DNA of 64,000 bases from the NCBI RefSeq assembly GCF_056746865.1, contig NZ_CM163382.1; one strand, given 5' to 3'. The notes beneath the pieces were generated by a model. It did no database searches and had not been told where the DNA came from. It saw only the letters and a list, made by a program, of their open reading frames with translations. Within the stretch, counting starts at the first letter, position 1. The number at the start of each line of letters is the position of its first letter. Both the position numbers and the translations under genes were made by a program. Positions 46,488 through 56,580 of the stretch are shown one piece after another.

Positions 46488-47543
46488 ATGACGACATTTA
46501 TTCAGCTTCATTTGTTAACCGCTTACCCTGCTGCCAACCTTAACCGTGATGACACCGGTGCGCCAAAAACTGTGGTACTGGGTGGAGCAACGCGTCTGCG
46601 CGTTTCCTCACAAAGTCTGAAACGTGCGTGGCGCACTTCTGCACTTTTTGAACAGGCACTGGCGGGCCATATTGGTATTCGCAGTGGGCGTATTGCGCGT
46701 GAGGCGGCAACTATCCTGATTGAGAAAGGCATCGAAGAGAAAAAAGCCATCGAATGGGCGGCAAAAATTGCGGATTATCTTGGGAAAGCTAAAAACGACA
46801 AAAAACCAAAAGATCCGCTCACTAACGCCGAAACTGAACAGCTAGTCCATATCAGCCCGGCAGAATTTGACGCCGTAAAAGCGCTGGCCCATCAACTGGC
46901 CGAAGAAAAGCGCGCGCCAAAAGAGGAAGATCTCGCTTTGTTACGTAAAGATCGCATGGCGGTAGATATCGCTATGTTTGGTCGTATGCTGGCGAATAAA
47001 CCCGAATTTAATGTTGAAGCCGCCTGCCAGGTCGCGCATGCATTTGGTGTCAGTGAAACGATTGTCGAAGATGATTTTTTCACCGCCGTTGATGATTTGC
47101 GCCAGGCTTCTGAAGATGCCGGTGCCGGGCATCTTGGTGAAACCGGATTCGGTTCTGCGCTGTTCTACACCTATATCTGCATCGATAAAGATCTGCTGGT
47201 CGAAAACCTCGGCGGTGACGAAGCGTTAGCTAATCAGACCTTGCGCGCCTTTACGGAAGCCGCACTTAAAGTCTCCCCAACCGGCAAACAGAACAGCTTT
47301 GCCAGCCGTGCCTACGCCTCCTGGGCGCTGGCAGAAAAAGGCACTGAACAACCACGCTCTCTGGCGGCGGCTTTCTATGAACCCATTAATGGCACCCGGC
47401 AGTTAGATGTGGCGGTGCAGCGTATTACAACGCTTCGCGAAAATATGAATACGGTCTATGAACAGAAGACCGAATGCGCAAGCTTTGACGTGATGAACAA
47501 ACAGGGAAGCATGAAGGACGTGCTGGACTTTATCTGCGCGTAA
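46488..47543 (+). CDS. cas7e: Cascade backbone Cas7e (CasC/Cse4)
   Basis: 351-aa ORF; N-terminus ...LNRDDTGAPK...GGATRLRVSSQSLKRAWR parallels K-12 CasC (...LNRDDLGKPK...GGVERGRVSSQCWKRAIR). Confidence 0.9.
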   Translation: MTTFIQLHLLTAYPAANLNRDDTGAPKTVVLGGATRLRVSSQSLKRAWRTSALFEQALAGHIGIRSGRIAREAATILIEKGIEEKKAIEWAAKIADYLGKAKNDKKPKDPLTNAETEQLVHISPAEFDAVKALAHQLAEEKRAPKEEDLALLRKDRMAVDIAMFGRMLANKPEFNVEAACQVAHAFGVSETIVEDDFFTAVDDLRQASEDAGAGHLGETGFGSALFYTYICIDKDLLVENLGGDEALANQTLRAFTEAALKVSPTGKQNSFASRAYASWALAEKGTEQPRSLAAAFYEPINGTRQLDVAVQRITTLRENMNTVYEQKTECASFDVMNKQGSMKDVLDFICA

Positions 47544-47553
47544 GGGGCGGCTA

Positions 47554-47630
47554 ATGAGCCAATATTTGATTTTTCAGCTTCATGGGCCAATGGCATCCTG
47601 GGGCGTCGATGCCCCGGCGAAGGGAACAAT
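47554..47630 (+). pseudogene. cas5e: cas5e (casD) 5' fragment: only about 24 N-terminal codons retained; breakpoint approximate
   Basis: MSQYLIFQLHGPMASWGVDAPAKG parallels the Cas5e N-terminus (MRSYLILRLAGPMQAWG...); the frame then runs into unrelated low-complexity sequence and stops at 107 aa; no cas6e/cas1/cas2 follow. Confidence 0.7.
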
Positions 47631-48113
47631 ACAACATCACACAAGGCCAGTAATAGCGCGAATCCTGCGAGTTCTAAAATCAATTCTATACACATTTCTA
47701 TACACATTTATCCCTCGCTTGAGGGTTATGCGTCATCGTTATCGGCTATCTCGCTGGTGGATGATCACGGATGGCCTGATATCTACAGCCGCCTTAAAAA
47801 GCTGTACCCGACAAGCATTACTGCGTATCGGGTTCGTTCGCTCTTTCTACTCGTGGCAGATGAGTTTATCGGTGTGATTTTATCGGGCGAGGGTATTGTA
47901 TCAGGCATCCCCTTTTCTATGCAGATTTGCATAGTTCCGAATGGTGGCGTTATGGAAGCCTCCCATATCAGCATCATGCCCACCAGCGTGAAGTATTTTT
48001 TTATTTCGCGGGTGTAAAAATTTGACGAGGCGGGCGGTCCCATAAGCAATGGATTGTAGGGATTTCGCTCCCCCCCTCCTGAATGCAATTTTTCGTATAT
48101 ATATACAAAACAG

Positions 48114-48270
48114 TGCGGGTTATGCGGGTTACCGGGTTATCTTAGTATGCTAACTATTTTTTGTTCTTTAGTATCAATATGTTGCAAAATACACTGTTCA
48201 TTATTCAAGCATCACATAACCCGCAAAACATCCCAAATAACCCGCAAACGCCCCAAAATAACCCGCAAAC
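48114..48270. repeat. iteron cluster A: GCGGGTTA(T/C) direct copies (48114-48140) and three inverted copies phased at 21 bp (48216, 48237, 48258), next to an AT-rich TATATATATA tract
   Basis: read directly: cagtgcgggttatgcgggttaccgggttat ... cataacccgcaaaacatcccaaataacccgcaaacgccccaaaataacccgcaaac. Confidence 0.65.
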
Positions 48271-48878
48271 ACATTGCTGAAAGCAGGGGTTGATAGTTCC
48301 ACTGGTGCCACAGAACGGCTGAATACGGTAACTGTTGCTGGTGGTCTGTCCTGTTGTCGTTCCAGTCTCATCAAATTGAGAGGCAAGACAAAGTGCATTT
48401 TTGCACTATAGCCAAAGCCTCATAAAACAGAGTTACCCCCACAGGCTGGCAAACCATTACCCAACGCAATTAAGTGCGTCAGAATCGATTACAGCGCGTT
48501 CCTGTGGCACGTTGTTGCCGTTCTCAGCAGTGAAAGGAGAGAGTGAAAAGCGCATATCTATTACTGTTGAGGGGTGTAGCGGCATATATCGCGAATATCC
48601 ACGCCCTTAATCCCGATACCGTCACGGCGCATTGAGATCCACCAGAAGATTAAGATAGTTTTTACCTGAAATTATCCAAATAATTGTTTTAACTGATTAA
48701 TTTTTCGAATATCTATTGTTAGGGAATAAATCATCAGATACACCATAAAACGACATCTTTCAGGGTGTAGAAGATGCAAAGCCGGTACTGAAGAAAAGAC
48801 AAAGAATATGAATGGCTGGCCACACGATGGAAGGATTGTCCATTGAAGGATAAATCCCCGTGGTACAAGTTTTGGTAA

Positions 48879-48899
48879 GCCCGCAGCGCGGGCTTTTTT
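48879..48899 (+). terminator. rho-independent terminator on + strand (gcccgc-agc-gcgggc + TTTTTT)
   Basis: read directly; no convincing ORF upstream of it. Confidence 0.65.
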
Positions 48900-48971
48900 G
48901 TGGACGAAACAAAAGTCAGTGCTACATTCATTGACGCCACATCGAGGTGGCTTATAGATGGAAATTTCACA

Positions 48972-49133
48972 ATGAAAAAAGCATTTGCTGCACTGTTCGT
49001 TTTGTTGTCTCTGGTAGCTTCAACTCAGGCCTTTGCCGGTCGTTGTCAGCACGACAGCGATACTGCCGCTGACGGCTCCCGCTGCGGTGGGCGTTCTGCG
49101 GATTCCCGCCCGGGCGGCGGTGGCATTCGTTAA
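48972..49133 (+). CDS. small secreted peptide (53 aa precursor): signal peptide then ~30-aa Cys-containing, Gly-rich mature region
   Basis: ATG at 48972 inside ORF 48900..49133; MKKAFAALFVLLSLVASTQAFA | GRCQHDSDTAADGSRCGGRSADSRPGGGGIR; followed by a hairpin terminator. Confidence 0.45.
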   Translation: MKKAFAALFVLLSLVASTQAFAGRCQHDSDTAADGSRCGGRSADSRPGGGGIR

Positions 49134-49136
49134 AAA

Positions 49137-49156
49137 CAAGGCCGCGAAAGCGGCCT
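49137..49156. terminator. bidirectional hairpin terminator (aggccgc-gaaa-gcggcct) between convergent small-peptide gene and cargo operon
   Basis: perfect 7-bp stem; T-tracts on both strands. Confidence 0.7.
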
Positions 49157-49162
49157 GTTTGA

Positions 49163-50014
49163 TCACTGTGCAGTTTTCGCTGATCGATTTTCAGCTCTAA
49201 ATTCAAGAACCGTTTCAATATTTCTTTCCTTCAGCATATCAATAACATTTTTATTCATTTGACTATCACTGGTTAATAACTGGTAAACGTTGCTTCTCTC
49301 TTTATCAGAATTTTCTTTAACAGCTGCTTTGCATGCCAAATGCTTATTGAAATTTTCTACATCGCTAGTACAGGAATTTACGGCTGCTGATGAAATATCA
49401 GACGCTGAAGAAACACCATCATCCAAACGTTTTATAGCATTTTCTATACATGAGTTAAGGGAATAAACGACAACTGAGCGATACCCTTCAGACGCACACC
49501 ATTCTAAATTTCTTGAAGGATCGAGTGGTTTTACTTCGCTGGATTGAATTAACTTGTCAAAAACTGACTTATATTCAATCTGTTTTTTATCTATAGCCCA
49601 TACTTCAGTAGCTGATTTATAATTCCCCGTATGCCTATTAACATCAAATCCATGTTTTATAAGCAAATCTGCCCATGAAAGATTTATTGATTCATTGTTA
49701 TGAGGCCATTTTCCTGTCAGAACCGCCCCCATAGACCCCATATATCCGCCATATGATGGTATAGCACCATGGCTCAGTAACTTCTCAGCAACCACAGGGC
49801 AATTAATTACATAAGAGGCGTAAAGCCCATTCCATAAAGCCCCTCTATAGTAATCGCCACGATTAGGTTCTTTTAAGTCGATAGCCTTTGATAATTGTTC
49901 ACACGTTTTGCATGCATCAAAGTTATCCTTATTGCATTGCAATGAACTGGCGGCTGTAGGATTTACAGAGACTATTGAAAGCACTATGCCAAAAAACAAA
50001 TTTATTTTTTTCAT
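49163..50014 (-). CDS. secreted Cys-rich protein of unknown function (283 aa), last gene of cargo operon
   Basis: N-terminal signal peptide (MKKINLFFGIVLSIVSVNPTAA); 8 Cys; strongly AT-rich codon usage; ATG one base after upstream stop (TAGGATG). Confidence 0.7.
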   Translation of the reverse strand: MKKINLFFGIVLSIVSVNPTAASSLQCNKDNFDACKTCEQLSKAIDLKEPNRGDYYRGALWNGLYASYVINCPVVAEKLLSHGAIPSYGGYMGSMGAVLTGKWPHNNESINLSWADLLIKHGFDVNRHTGNYKSATEVWAIDKKQIEYKSVFDKLIQSSEVKPLDPSRNLEWCASEGYRSVVVYSLNSCIENAIKRLDDGVSSASDISSAAVNSCTSDVENFNKHLACKAAVKENSDKERSNVYQLLTSDSQMNKNVIDMLKERNIETVLEFRAENRSAKTAQ

Positions 50015-50015
50015 C

Positions 50016-53000
50016 CTATTTCATCTGCTCTTCAACTTTATTTAGTAATGGTGATATCGCCCACAGATTCTGAAAAGGTAGCATTTTACGGACAGCGTGG
50101 GTTTGCTGGCTGTCAAATTCTCCGTTAAGTACACCATTTGCAACCGTCGCGGCATCACCGCCAAGATCAAAGGTAGGACCAAGTAAAGCACCAATAGCAT
50201 TACGACTCTGAAACCTTGATACCGGAGGCGCACCAAACATCGCGCCAAGACCAAACCTACCGCCGCTTATGTTCTCAACGGTATTCAGCGGCTCAGAGAG
50301 CCAGCCAAGCATTCCGCCCCGGTCGATCCCCTCTTTCACAAGGTTATTCCAGCTGTAGTCGATATCGCGACCGCTTAACTTCTGTTTCATCATATAGACC
50401 ATTGAGCCAAGCGCAATCGTGCCAAGCGCACCAAGATAGAATGAAGCATCGCCCTGCTGGATACCAGATACCAACACCCTGTTATGCTGTGCGAAGATAA
50501 ACGTTTTGAACTGCGTGATCATCTTCCAGCCTTCTTTACTAAAAAACAGCGGTGTATCACCTACGCCAGGCGTTACAATCACTGAGTCTACATCTTTCAG
50601 CACTGCAGACTGGAAAATCTCTCTAGCGAAACGGTCATCCCACAGATGACTATGCCCGGTTAACAGCCCGTCCATATCCTCTCCGTGCTTCCCGAATTGC
50701 TCCCCGATTCGGCGCAGAACATCTTCATTGATGCCGACCTGTGCCATCTTCCGCATTTCACTTTTGGCGAGCGTGCCACCAGCAGAAACCTGGCGAGCCG
50801 CGTCAAGTATCCTCGACTGCACTATCATCCCGGACCATGATTTAAGTGCGCTGTTCCACTGATTCATCAGCGTCCAGTTACCGAATTTCTGCGTCATCCA
50901 GTTCAGGCCTCGCTCAGCGGCGCTTCTCCGGCTATAGGGGTCAGTAAGATCCGCTATAGCCTTTGTACGCGTAGACAGGACATAATCAAGCCCAACGGCC
51001 ATTTCTCGCAAATCCCTGGTTGCAATTTTCACTGAGTCCATATTTTTAAGCATGCTTACCATTGGTCCGAGAGATTTTCTCAGGCCATGCTGCATCATCG
51101 GTCGCATCAGATCAGTTGCAGCGGAGACGGTCATTCCACCAAGCAAACGGAGGAAGTTAATATTCCTAGCAACTCGCCCGGCACGAACAAAGAAACTGCG
51201 TGGATCTTGAGGTGCGCCGTAAGTACCAAGCAGTCGGTCACGCATAGCCGTAATATCCCTAATATCAGCCTCCCGTTGCTTCTCAAGAGCTGCACGTCGT
51301 TTAGGTGTTTTAGCCTCTTTTATTAGCCGGGTATATTCCTCACTAACCTGACGGATTTGCTCCCCCATATCTTTACGGCCAAACTGCGCAGTCAGCTCAA
51401 TTTCTGGTGCCACCTGCCGGAGATAACTTTCCATGATGTAGTTAACATCTGATTCAAGAAAATCTTCTATACGCTCATCAGGAATAAGCAGCGTTCGGCT
51501 TTTAGTGAAACCAGCCCGACCAACGAGTCTCTCTGGGATAATATCGGCTGGTACAAGCCCGGAAGGTGCGCCTATTATTTTATTCACGATCTCGTCAGCA
51601 GCGTCCTCTGCTTCCTCTCGGGATAGAGGCTCCATCTGCTTCAGTGCTCGCTCGCGGCTTGCATTCAGCCTTGTGGTTGAATTTGCCCGTTTTTGCAGTC
51701 GGCGAAGCTCAGAACGATATTTCCGTGGATTATCCAGCAACTCCATATGGCGCTGATAGACAGGAAGCTCACTCTTTGCCTGCGCTATATCATCAAGGCG
51801 TGTTTTAAGGTCAGAGCTTTCTTTCATCATTCTTGCCTGAAGTTTTTCTGATGAAGTCTCGGCCAACTCTTTTTCTATTCTTGTAAGACGCGCCTGTGTG
51901 TCAGTCTCCTGAGATATAAGCTTATTTCGTTTATCCAGTTCTTCCATGAGTAGAATTTTTTTACCAGACCATTTCTCCGCTTCAGCGATTTCACTAGCGA
52001 GAGCATCAGCGCGCGGTGCCGATTCCTCTGCAGTTTTTAGCAATGAATTTATCCTTTCAATTCGCTGACCTGCTTTGTCAGCACCTTTGGCACTAATCCC
52101 TTGTATCCAGTTGGCAATTCGCCCTCTGAATTCAGTGCGGTCGGAAAGTATCTTATCGAACTTATAAATGCGGGGAAGATAACTTTTCGCCGTCACGACA
52201 TCGATATCCTCAGGAAGGATCCCCAGTTCCTGCATACGGGCTTTTGTGGTCTCGAAAATGGGGCGGATTCTGGCGGCTGCTTGTGAAACCTCAGGAATAT
52301 CACTCTGATCACCACGGCGCATAGCCATGCCAACAGCTTCATTGAAATCAATAAAGCTCATCCTCTTCACGCCGCGGGCGCTGACAGATTTGCTGTACTG
52401 CTGGTAAGCATCACGAGTGGCTTCCATCTGCTTATAAAGCATGGCGTCGTATTGCTTAATCTTAGTCTCGACTGCCGTAAACGTAGCCAACCCCTCATCA
52501 TTTTTGGCGAAGAAATAGTTATTTTCGGCAAGCTGCTGGTTAATCTGACGGGAGACAAGAGATGGTGATTGCGCCAAGCGGCCAGCAGGAGTGACACTCA
52601 ACGTTTTGTTAGCAAGTCCAAGTCCAGCGAGCTGTTCCTGATCGAGTGTGGTATTGAAAACCTGAGCTGCACCAATGCTTTGAGGAGAATCCATACCTCG
52701 CAAATGATTACCTACTGAGTTAACCACTGCCTCGCGCGCGCTAGGTCCAGCAAGTAGCTGTGCACCAGCACCAAGGATCCCACCAACGAGAGCATCAACA
52801 ACAACGTTCGATACGCTCTCCATCGGTGAGCGAGCTTCCTGAGTGGCCTGCAATGCGGCCTCTGAAGCAACACTGCCAGCAGCATTGGCTAAAGCAAAAC
52901 GTCCGGCTGTTTCTGCAATACGACCGCCACGAACGACAGCGCCGAACGGAATAAACATAGAAATCGCATTGAATGGATCTGCTAATCTCATTGCTACAGA

Positions 53001-53405
53001 AGAGACTGTACCAGCAAATCCCAAGCCTGAATTGTATTCCATGTCAGCTCTCTGCTGATCGATTCGATGTTTAATTGCCATTGTTTCTTCAGGCGAACCG
53101 GAGTTGATAAACGAATCTGCAAAATCTTCATAGCCTTTAATATCTGCTGCATCGTTATCAAATGGGTTATATCCTTCAATCCTGTCAAACTGACTGAAAG
53201 GAGCACTGGCAATAAAGCTACCCAGCGTGTTATCTATACGAAATGCTGCTTGTCTAGACCTTTGAACGCGTTGATCACTGGTAAATGGGTTCACAGCAGA
53301 AAGCAAAGAAGGTGTTTCCATATAGAAATTACTGTCATCAGGTGCTGCTATTTGCTGAATATCCTCGCCAAGCAACTCTTTAGGATCCTGTTCATATATC
53401 GGCAT
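50016..53405 (-). CDS. large protein of unknown function (1129 aa), predicted alpha-helical with Gly-rich hydrophobic C-terminal region
   Basis: long uninterrupted ORF; start overlaps upstream stop (TAATG); Q/A/E/R-rich; C-terminal hydrophobic/glycine-rich segments (GALGTIALGSMVYMM, GGRFGLGAMFGAPP); no NTPase motifs seen. Confidence 0.8.
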   Translation of the reverse strand: MPIYEQDPKELLGEDIQQIAAPDDSNFYMETPSLLSAVNPFTSDQRVQRSRQAAFRIDNTLGSFIASAPFSQFDRIEGYNPFDNDAADIKGYEDFADSFINSGSPEETMAIKHRIDQQRADMEYNSGLGFAGTVSSVAMRLADPFNAISMFIPFGAVVRGGRIAETAGRFALANAAGSVASEAALQATQEARSPMESVSNVVVDALVGGILGAGAQLLAGPSAREAVVNSVGNHLRGMDSPQSIGAAQVFNTTLDQEQLAGLGLANKTLSVTPAGRLAQSPSLVSRQINQQLAENNYFFAKNDEGLATFTAVETKIKQYDAMLYKQMEATRDAYQQYSKSVSARGVKRMSFIDFNEAVGMAMRRGDQSDIPEVSQAAARIRPIFETTKARMQELGILPEDIDVVTAKSYLPRIYKFDKILSDRTEFRGRIANWIQGISAKGADKAGQRIERINSLLKTAEESAPRADALASEIAEAEKWSGKKILLMEELDKRNKLISQETDTQARLTRIEKELAETSSEKLQARMMKESSDLKTRLDDIAQAKSELPVYQRHMELLDNPRKYRSELRRLQKRANSTTRLNASRERALKQMEPLSREEAEDAADEIVNKIIGAPSGLVPADIIPERLVGRAGFTKSRTLLIPDERIEDFLESDVNYIMESYLRQVAPEIELTAQFGRKDMGEQIRQVSEEYTRLIKEAKTPKRRAALEKQREADIRDITAMRDRLLGTYGAPQDPRSFFVRAGRVARNINFLRLLGGMTVSAATDLMRPMMQHGLRKSLGPMVSMLKNMDSVKIATRDLREMAVGLDYVLSTRTKAIADLTDPYSRRSAAERGLNWMTQKFGNWTLMNQWNSALKSWSGMIVQSRILDAARQVSAGGTLAKSEMRKMAQVGINEDVLRRIGEQFGKHGEDMDGLLTGHSHLWDDRFAREIFQSAVLKDVDSVIVTPGVGDTPLFFSKEGWKMITQFKTFIFAQHNRVLVSGIQQGDASFYLGALGTIALGSMVYMMKQKLSGRDIDYSWNNLVKEGIDRGGMLGWLSEPLNTVENISGGRFGLGAMFGAPPVSRFQSRNAIGALLGPTFDLGGDAATVANGVLNGEFDSQQTHAVRKMLPFQNLWAISPLLNKVEEQMK

Positions 53406-56152
53406 TATTTGCCCCCTGCGTATATATTGCTCGGAAGGTAATTGGCTGAACCATAACCGAATGGTTTGGTCAGATCTGGAGGAGTATATCCATCTTTATT
53501 GCTGAACTGCGGCAGCGGATTGCCTTCTCTCCGCACTCTAGCCTCATCAACACGCTGTTGCTGGAACTGAATGGTTTGCCTGTACATTGGAGATGTCAGC
53601 TGATCCGGCTTGAAACGAACAGGGAGACCATTTTCTCCAATATAATTTCTCGGTTCTATCGCTCCGTTTGCGTCAGGCTGTAAAACCATAACAGCATAAC
53701 TCCTATCCCTTGCCGTAAGGCCATCAGAAACAAGTATTAAGTCCGTATCACTGCGAGGACCGCCAAAGGATTTTGATTTAAGCTCGCGTTTTTCCTGCTC
53801 CCACTGCCCCTGTATCCAGTTACCAGCACCATTATTTACTCCGTACAATGCCTCAGGTGCATACTTCATAACCTCTGCTTTGCCATTAACCGTAGAAACT
53901 CCCCAGGTGGTTCTGATCATGGCATTGGTCATTTTCTCAGCCTGTTCTGCATCGCCACCTGTCTGTACAAAGTTAGCATCGTAAATTGTCTGGTAATCTC
54001 GCTGATAGGCCGCATTTGATTTTCCTGGATCGGTAATATCCGGAGACCACGAACCAAAGGAAGTCAGACTGCTGGCGTTATTTTGTGCAGCAGTTACCCT
54101 CGCCGCGACATATTTTTTGTCTCGCATGGCAGTGGAAAGCATCTGTTTCATTCGGTCATCCTGTTGGAACACCTGACTGTAAGCCATATCAACAGCCTTA
54201 TCCTCCGGCACGCCAGCGCGGGAATAATCGTAAACCTTGCCATAAAATGCCATCGTACTTTTATCAAGTGTTGCCGCTGCCGCCGGATTATTATCGAATA
54301 ACTGACCGTAGAATTTTGCCATCGGGACAACCAGCGCAGGATCTCTTGATGTTGCTCCACTGTTAAGCATTGTTTTAACCTGAGTTGGTATCATGCCGCT
54401 TTTAGTTGTGACGGTGACCAGTGTATTGATGCTCTGCGGATCAGATATGGAAAACGAAGGCGCGATATCCTGCGCGAAATAACGGTCTACCGCTGCCTGA
54501 TTGTTTTTGTCGTTCGGGTCCAGCGGGAAGTTATTTTGCATTGAAGACACGAACCTGTTTCTTCCCTGCTGAATCTCCCACTCCCTATCCATCTCTTTAA
54601 ATTTGGCCTGCATTTTCTCCCAGCGTTGCTGGTTAGCAGCAAATCCAGGAGCATTTGGATCCTGTGGACGTAAACGTTCAAGAATGTCTTGTCGTCCTTC
54701 TGGAGTGAGGTCTTTAGCGGCACCAATGACACCTCCATATTGTATCTGCGCCTGCATATCCTTCCACTTCATAGCGCCAATGCGCGGACCATTGGCCCGG
54801 ATAAAATCGTCCTCAGAAGGTAACTTCTCAGGTTTCAATCCTTCATCAAGGGCTGAATATGCATCTTTAACTACGGTGCTAAGCTGGTCCGCATACTGCT
54901 GGCGGTACTGATTTCTCAGCTCATTAGCCTGCCTCAATGCCTGTATTTGCATTTGAGGGCTCATAGCATCAAATGCCGCATTGCCCGTATAACGCTTAGG
55001 TGAATCAAGGTTAGTTAGACCAAGGGCTGCCGAGATACCAGTTTCAAGCTGTTCGGTGCTATAAGGCATACTGCCATTTTCGTGTTTAATAATCCCAGCA
55101 CATAAAGCAGCTAGTGTCTTTGGGTTAGAGATATCAAGCTGATCATTCTCCCCAACACCAAGCTCACCACACAATGCCCTAATATAAGCATCAGTATTAT
55201 TACCATCACTAGCCGGAGCATAGCGATTAACAATCTCGCTAACGGTGTCATAGCCTTGACGCTGGTAAGACAACATATTTTTACCCAACGCGCGGATTCC
55301 ATGCTCAGGGGTAGCAAACGTTGCAAAACGTCCATCGCTACCGATCTGACCTTCCCACGGGTTAGATTTGCTCGCTTCAATATTACCAGGGTTATTATTA
55401 CGTAAACCACGAGCATCCAATGAATTACCATGTGATATTGCACGACTCACACCATCAAGATCCCCTGGCTCTCCATTAACCTGAAGAAACTCGTTGTATT
55501 TTTGAGCGATATTTCCTATCCATGCTTGCTGCCCCATTTGTTCCTTGAGCTGAGTTTTCTGCTGAACACGCCACTCATCAGGAAGCCCATGCGCATCAGC
55601 GTATTGATCAATAGATTCAAATCGCTGCTTGGCTAAATCGACAAATGCTTGGTTATAGCTATATAGCCCCGCAGACTGAGTGACAGCCAATGCATTTCCT
55701 GACAAATACGTTTGATCTTGGAATTGCTGAAACTGCCCAACTTCATATCGACGTGCCTGATTGTAATAAGACTGCATAGACTGCTGGAGTTGAAAGGATA
55801 ATTTATTCCTTTCCTCACTTTCAGGGATTGAGCCTAATAATGCCTGAGCCCTTTCCTGCATATTTTTCATAACAGCGTCACTCTGACCAAGAGCGTTTTT
55901 ACCCTGTTTAGAAATCAGCCCATTTTCAGGGTTGTTAATCTGGTCATCTGCAAATTGGTTAAATTGCAGTAACGCCTCCTGGGCCATAGCAACATTCGCT
56001 TTCTGCCTGGCTTCACCATATGCCACCGCATACTGATCTGCGACATTCGCCAGCACCTGACCTGCTTGAGGAACATCGAAGGTCTGAAAACCACCGGTTT
56101 GCACACCACGACTTTGCACCTGGCGTCCGGATGTAGTAGGAACAACAAGCAT
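53405..56152 (-). CDS. large protein of unknown function (915 aa), Q/N/A-rich
   Basis: ATG at 56152 preceded by TAGGAGGT Shine-Dalgarno; contains conserved-looking block RGLRNNNPGNIEASKSNPWEGQ...; no NTPase motifs seen. Confidence 0.8.
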   Translation of the reverse strand: MLVVPTTSGRQVQSRGVQTGGFQTFDVPQAGQVLANVADQYAVAYGEARQKANVAMAQEALLQFNQFADDQINNPENGLISKQGKNALGQSDAVMKNMQERAQALLGSIPESEERNKLSFQLQQSMQSYYNQARRYEVGQFQQFQDQTYLSGNALAVTQSAGLYSYNQAFVDLAKQRFESIDQYADAHGLPDEWRVQQKTQLKEQMGQQAWIGNIAQKYNEFLQVNGEPGDLDGVSRAISHGNSLDARGLRNNNPGNIEASKSNPWEGQIGSDGRFATFATPEHGIRALGKNMLSYQRQGYDTVSEIVNRYAPASDGNNTDAYIRALCGELGVGENDQLDISNPKTLAALCAGIIKHENGSMPYSTEQLETGISAALGLTNLDSPKRYTGNAAFDAMSPQMQIQALRQANELRNQYRQQYADQLSTVVKDAYSALDEGLKPEKLPSEDDFIRANGPRIGAMKWKDMQAQIQYGGVIGAAKDLTPEGRQDILERLRPQDPNAPGFAANQQRWEKMQAKFKEMDREWEIQQGRNRFVSSMQNNFPLDPNDKNNQAAVDRYFAQDIAPSFSISDPQSINTLVTVTTKSGMIPTQVKTMLNSGATSRDPALVVPMAKFYGQLFDNNPAAAATLDKSTMAFYGKVYDYSRAGVPEDKAVDMAYSQVFQQDDRMKQMLSTAMRDKKYVAARVTAAQNNASSLTSFGSWSPDITDPGKSNAAYQRDYQTIYDANFVQTGGDAEQAEKMTNAMIRTTWGVSTVNGKAEVMKYAPEALYGVNNGAGNWIQGQWEQEKRELKSKSFGGPRSDTDLILVSDGLTARDRSYAVMVLQPDANGAIEPRNYIGENGLPVRFKPDQLTSPMYRQTIQFQQQRVDEARVRREGNPLPQFSNKDGYTPPDLTKPFGYGSANYLPSNIYAGGK

Positions 56153-56248
56153 CAGTAACCTCCTATTTTGAATCGGGAGTCAGAATTCATAAAACCTGAG
56201 TTAGATAACATTGGCGTCCCTCTGCTTTGATGCTGTACCAGCGATTCA

Positions 56249-56455
56249 TTACTCACCCCCCGATGCAAAACCATTCTGATTAAGCCAGGCGTTTACGGCA
56301 TGTCTGACAATCTGCGCCACGCCTGGTAATGGCTGATCAGGGTGATTGTTCACATGGTCGATTCTGTACTGCTTAAGGCGCATCACGGTCTGTGCATCCA
56401 GATGAACGGAACCACCTCTGACATCGCCTGTGTTCAGGTCGTTAATACAATTCAC
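56249..56455 (-). CDS. small protein of unknown function (68 aa), first gene of cargo operon, GTG start
   Basis: GTG start preceded by AAGAGGAAA Shine-Dalgarno at optimal spacing; AT-rich putative promoter region upstream (56456-56554). Confidence 0.55.
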   Translation of the reverse strand: MNCINDLNTGDVRGGSVHLDAQTVMRLKQYRIDHVNNHPDQPLPGVAQIVRHAVNAWLNQNGFASGGE

Positions 56456-56554
56456 AGCAATTTCCTCTTACTGACTAAACTATGCACATTATTGATCTGA
56501 AAAAGTGGTAGATAAACATATTTCTATCACAAAAACAGATTAATTGATTTCAGC

Positions 56555-56580
56555 CAAAAAAAAGCCGGATTGCTCCGGCT
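56555..56580 (-). terminator. rho-independent terminator on minus strand (agccgga-ttgc-tccggct with A-run on + strand)
   Basis: read directly; separates the IS200/IS605 element from the cargo-operon promoter. Confidence 0.6.

Noticed and set aside
47631-47877. Remainder of the 107-aa ORF beginning with the Cas5e N-terminus
   Set aside because: Beyond about 24 codons the sequence has no Cas5-like character and contains direct repeats (tctatacacattt twice); treated as read-through into inserted DNA
47757-48088. Overlapping ORFs of 86 aa (+) and 101 aa (-) just inside the mobile-element edge
   Set aside because: No Shine-Dalgarno, no recognisable domains, and they are mutually overlapping on opposite strands; could be an integrase or att remnant but I cannot support that
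48114-48270. Possibility that the GCGGGTTA repeats are ordinary REP/BIME elements
   Set aside because: The sequence differs from the REP consensus seen elsewhere in the window; the copies are phased at 21 bp and flank a replication gene, so an iteron reading fits better
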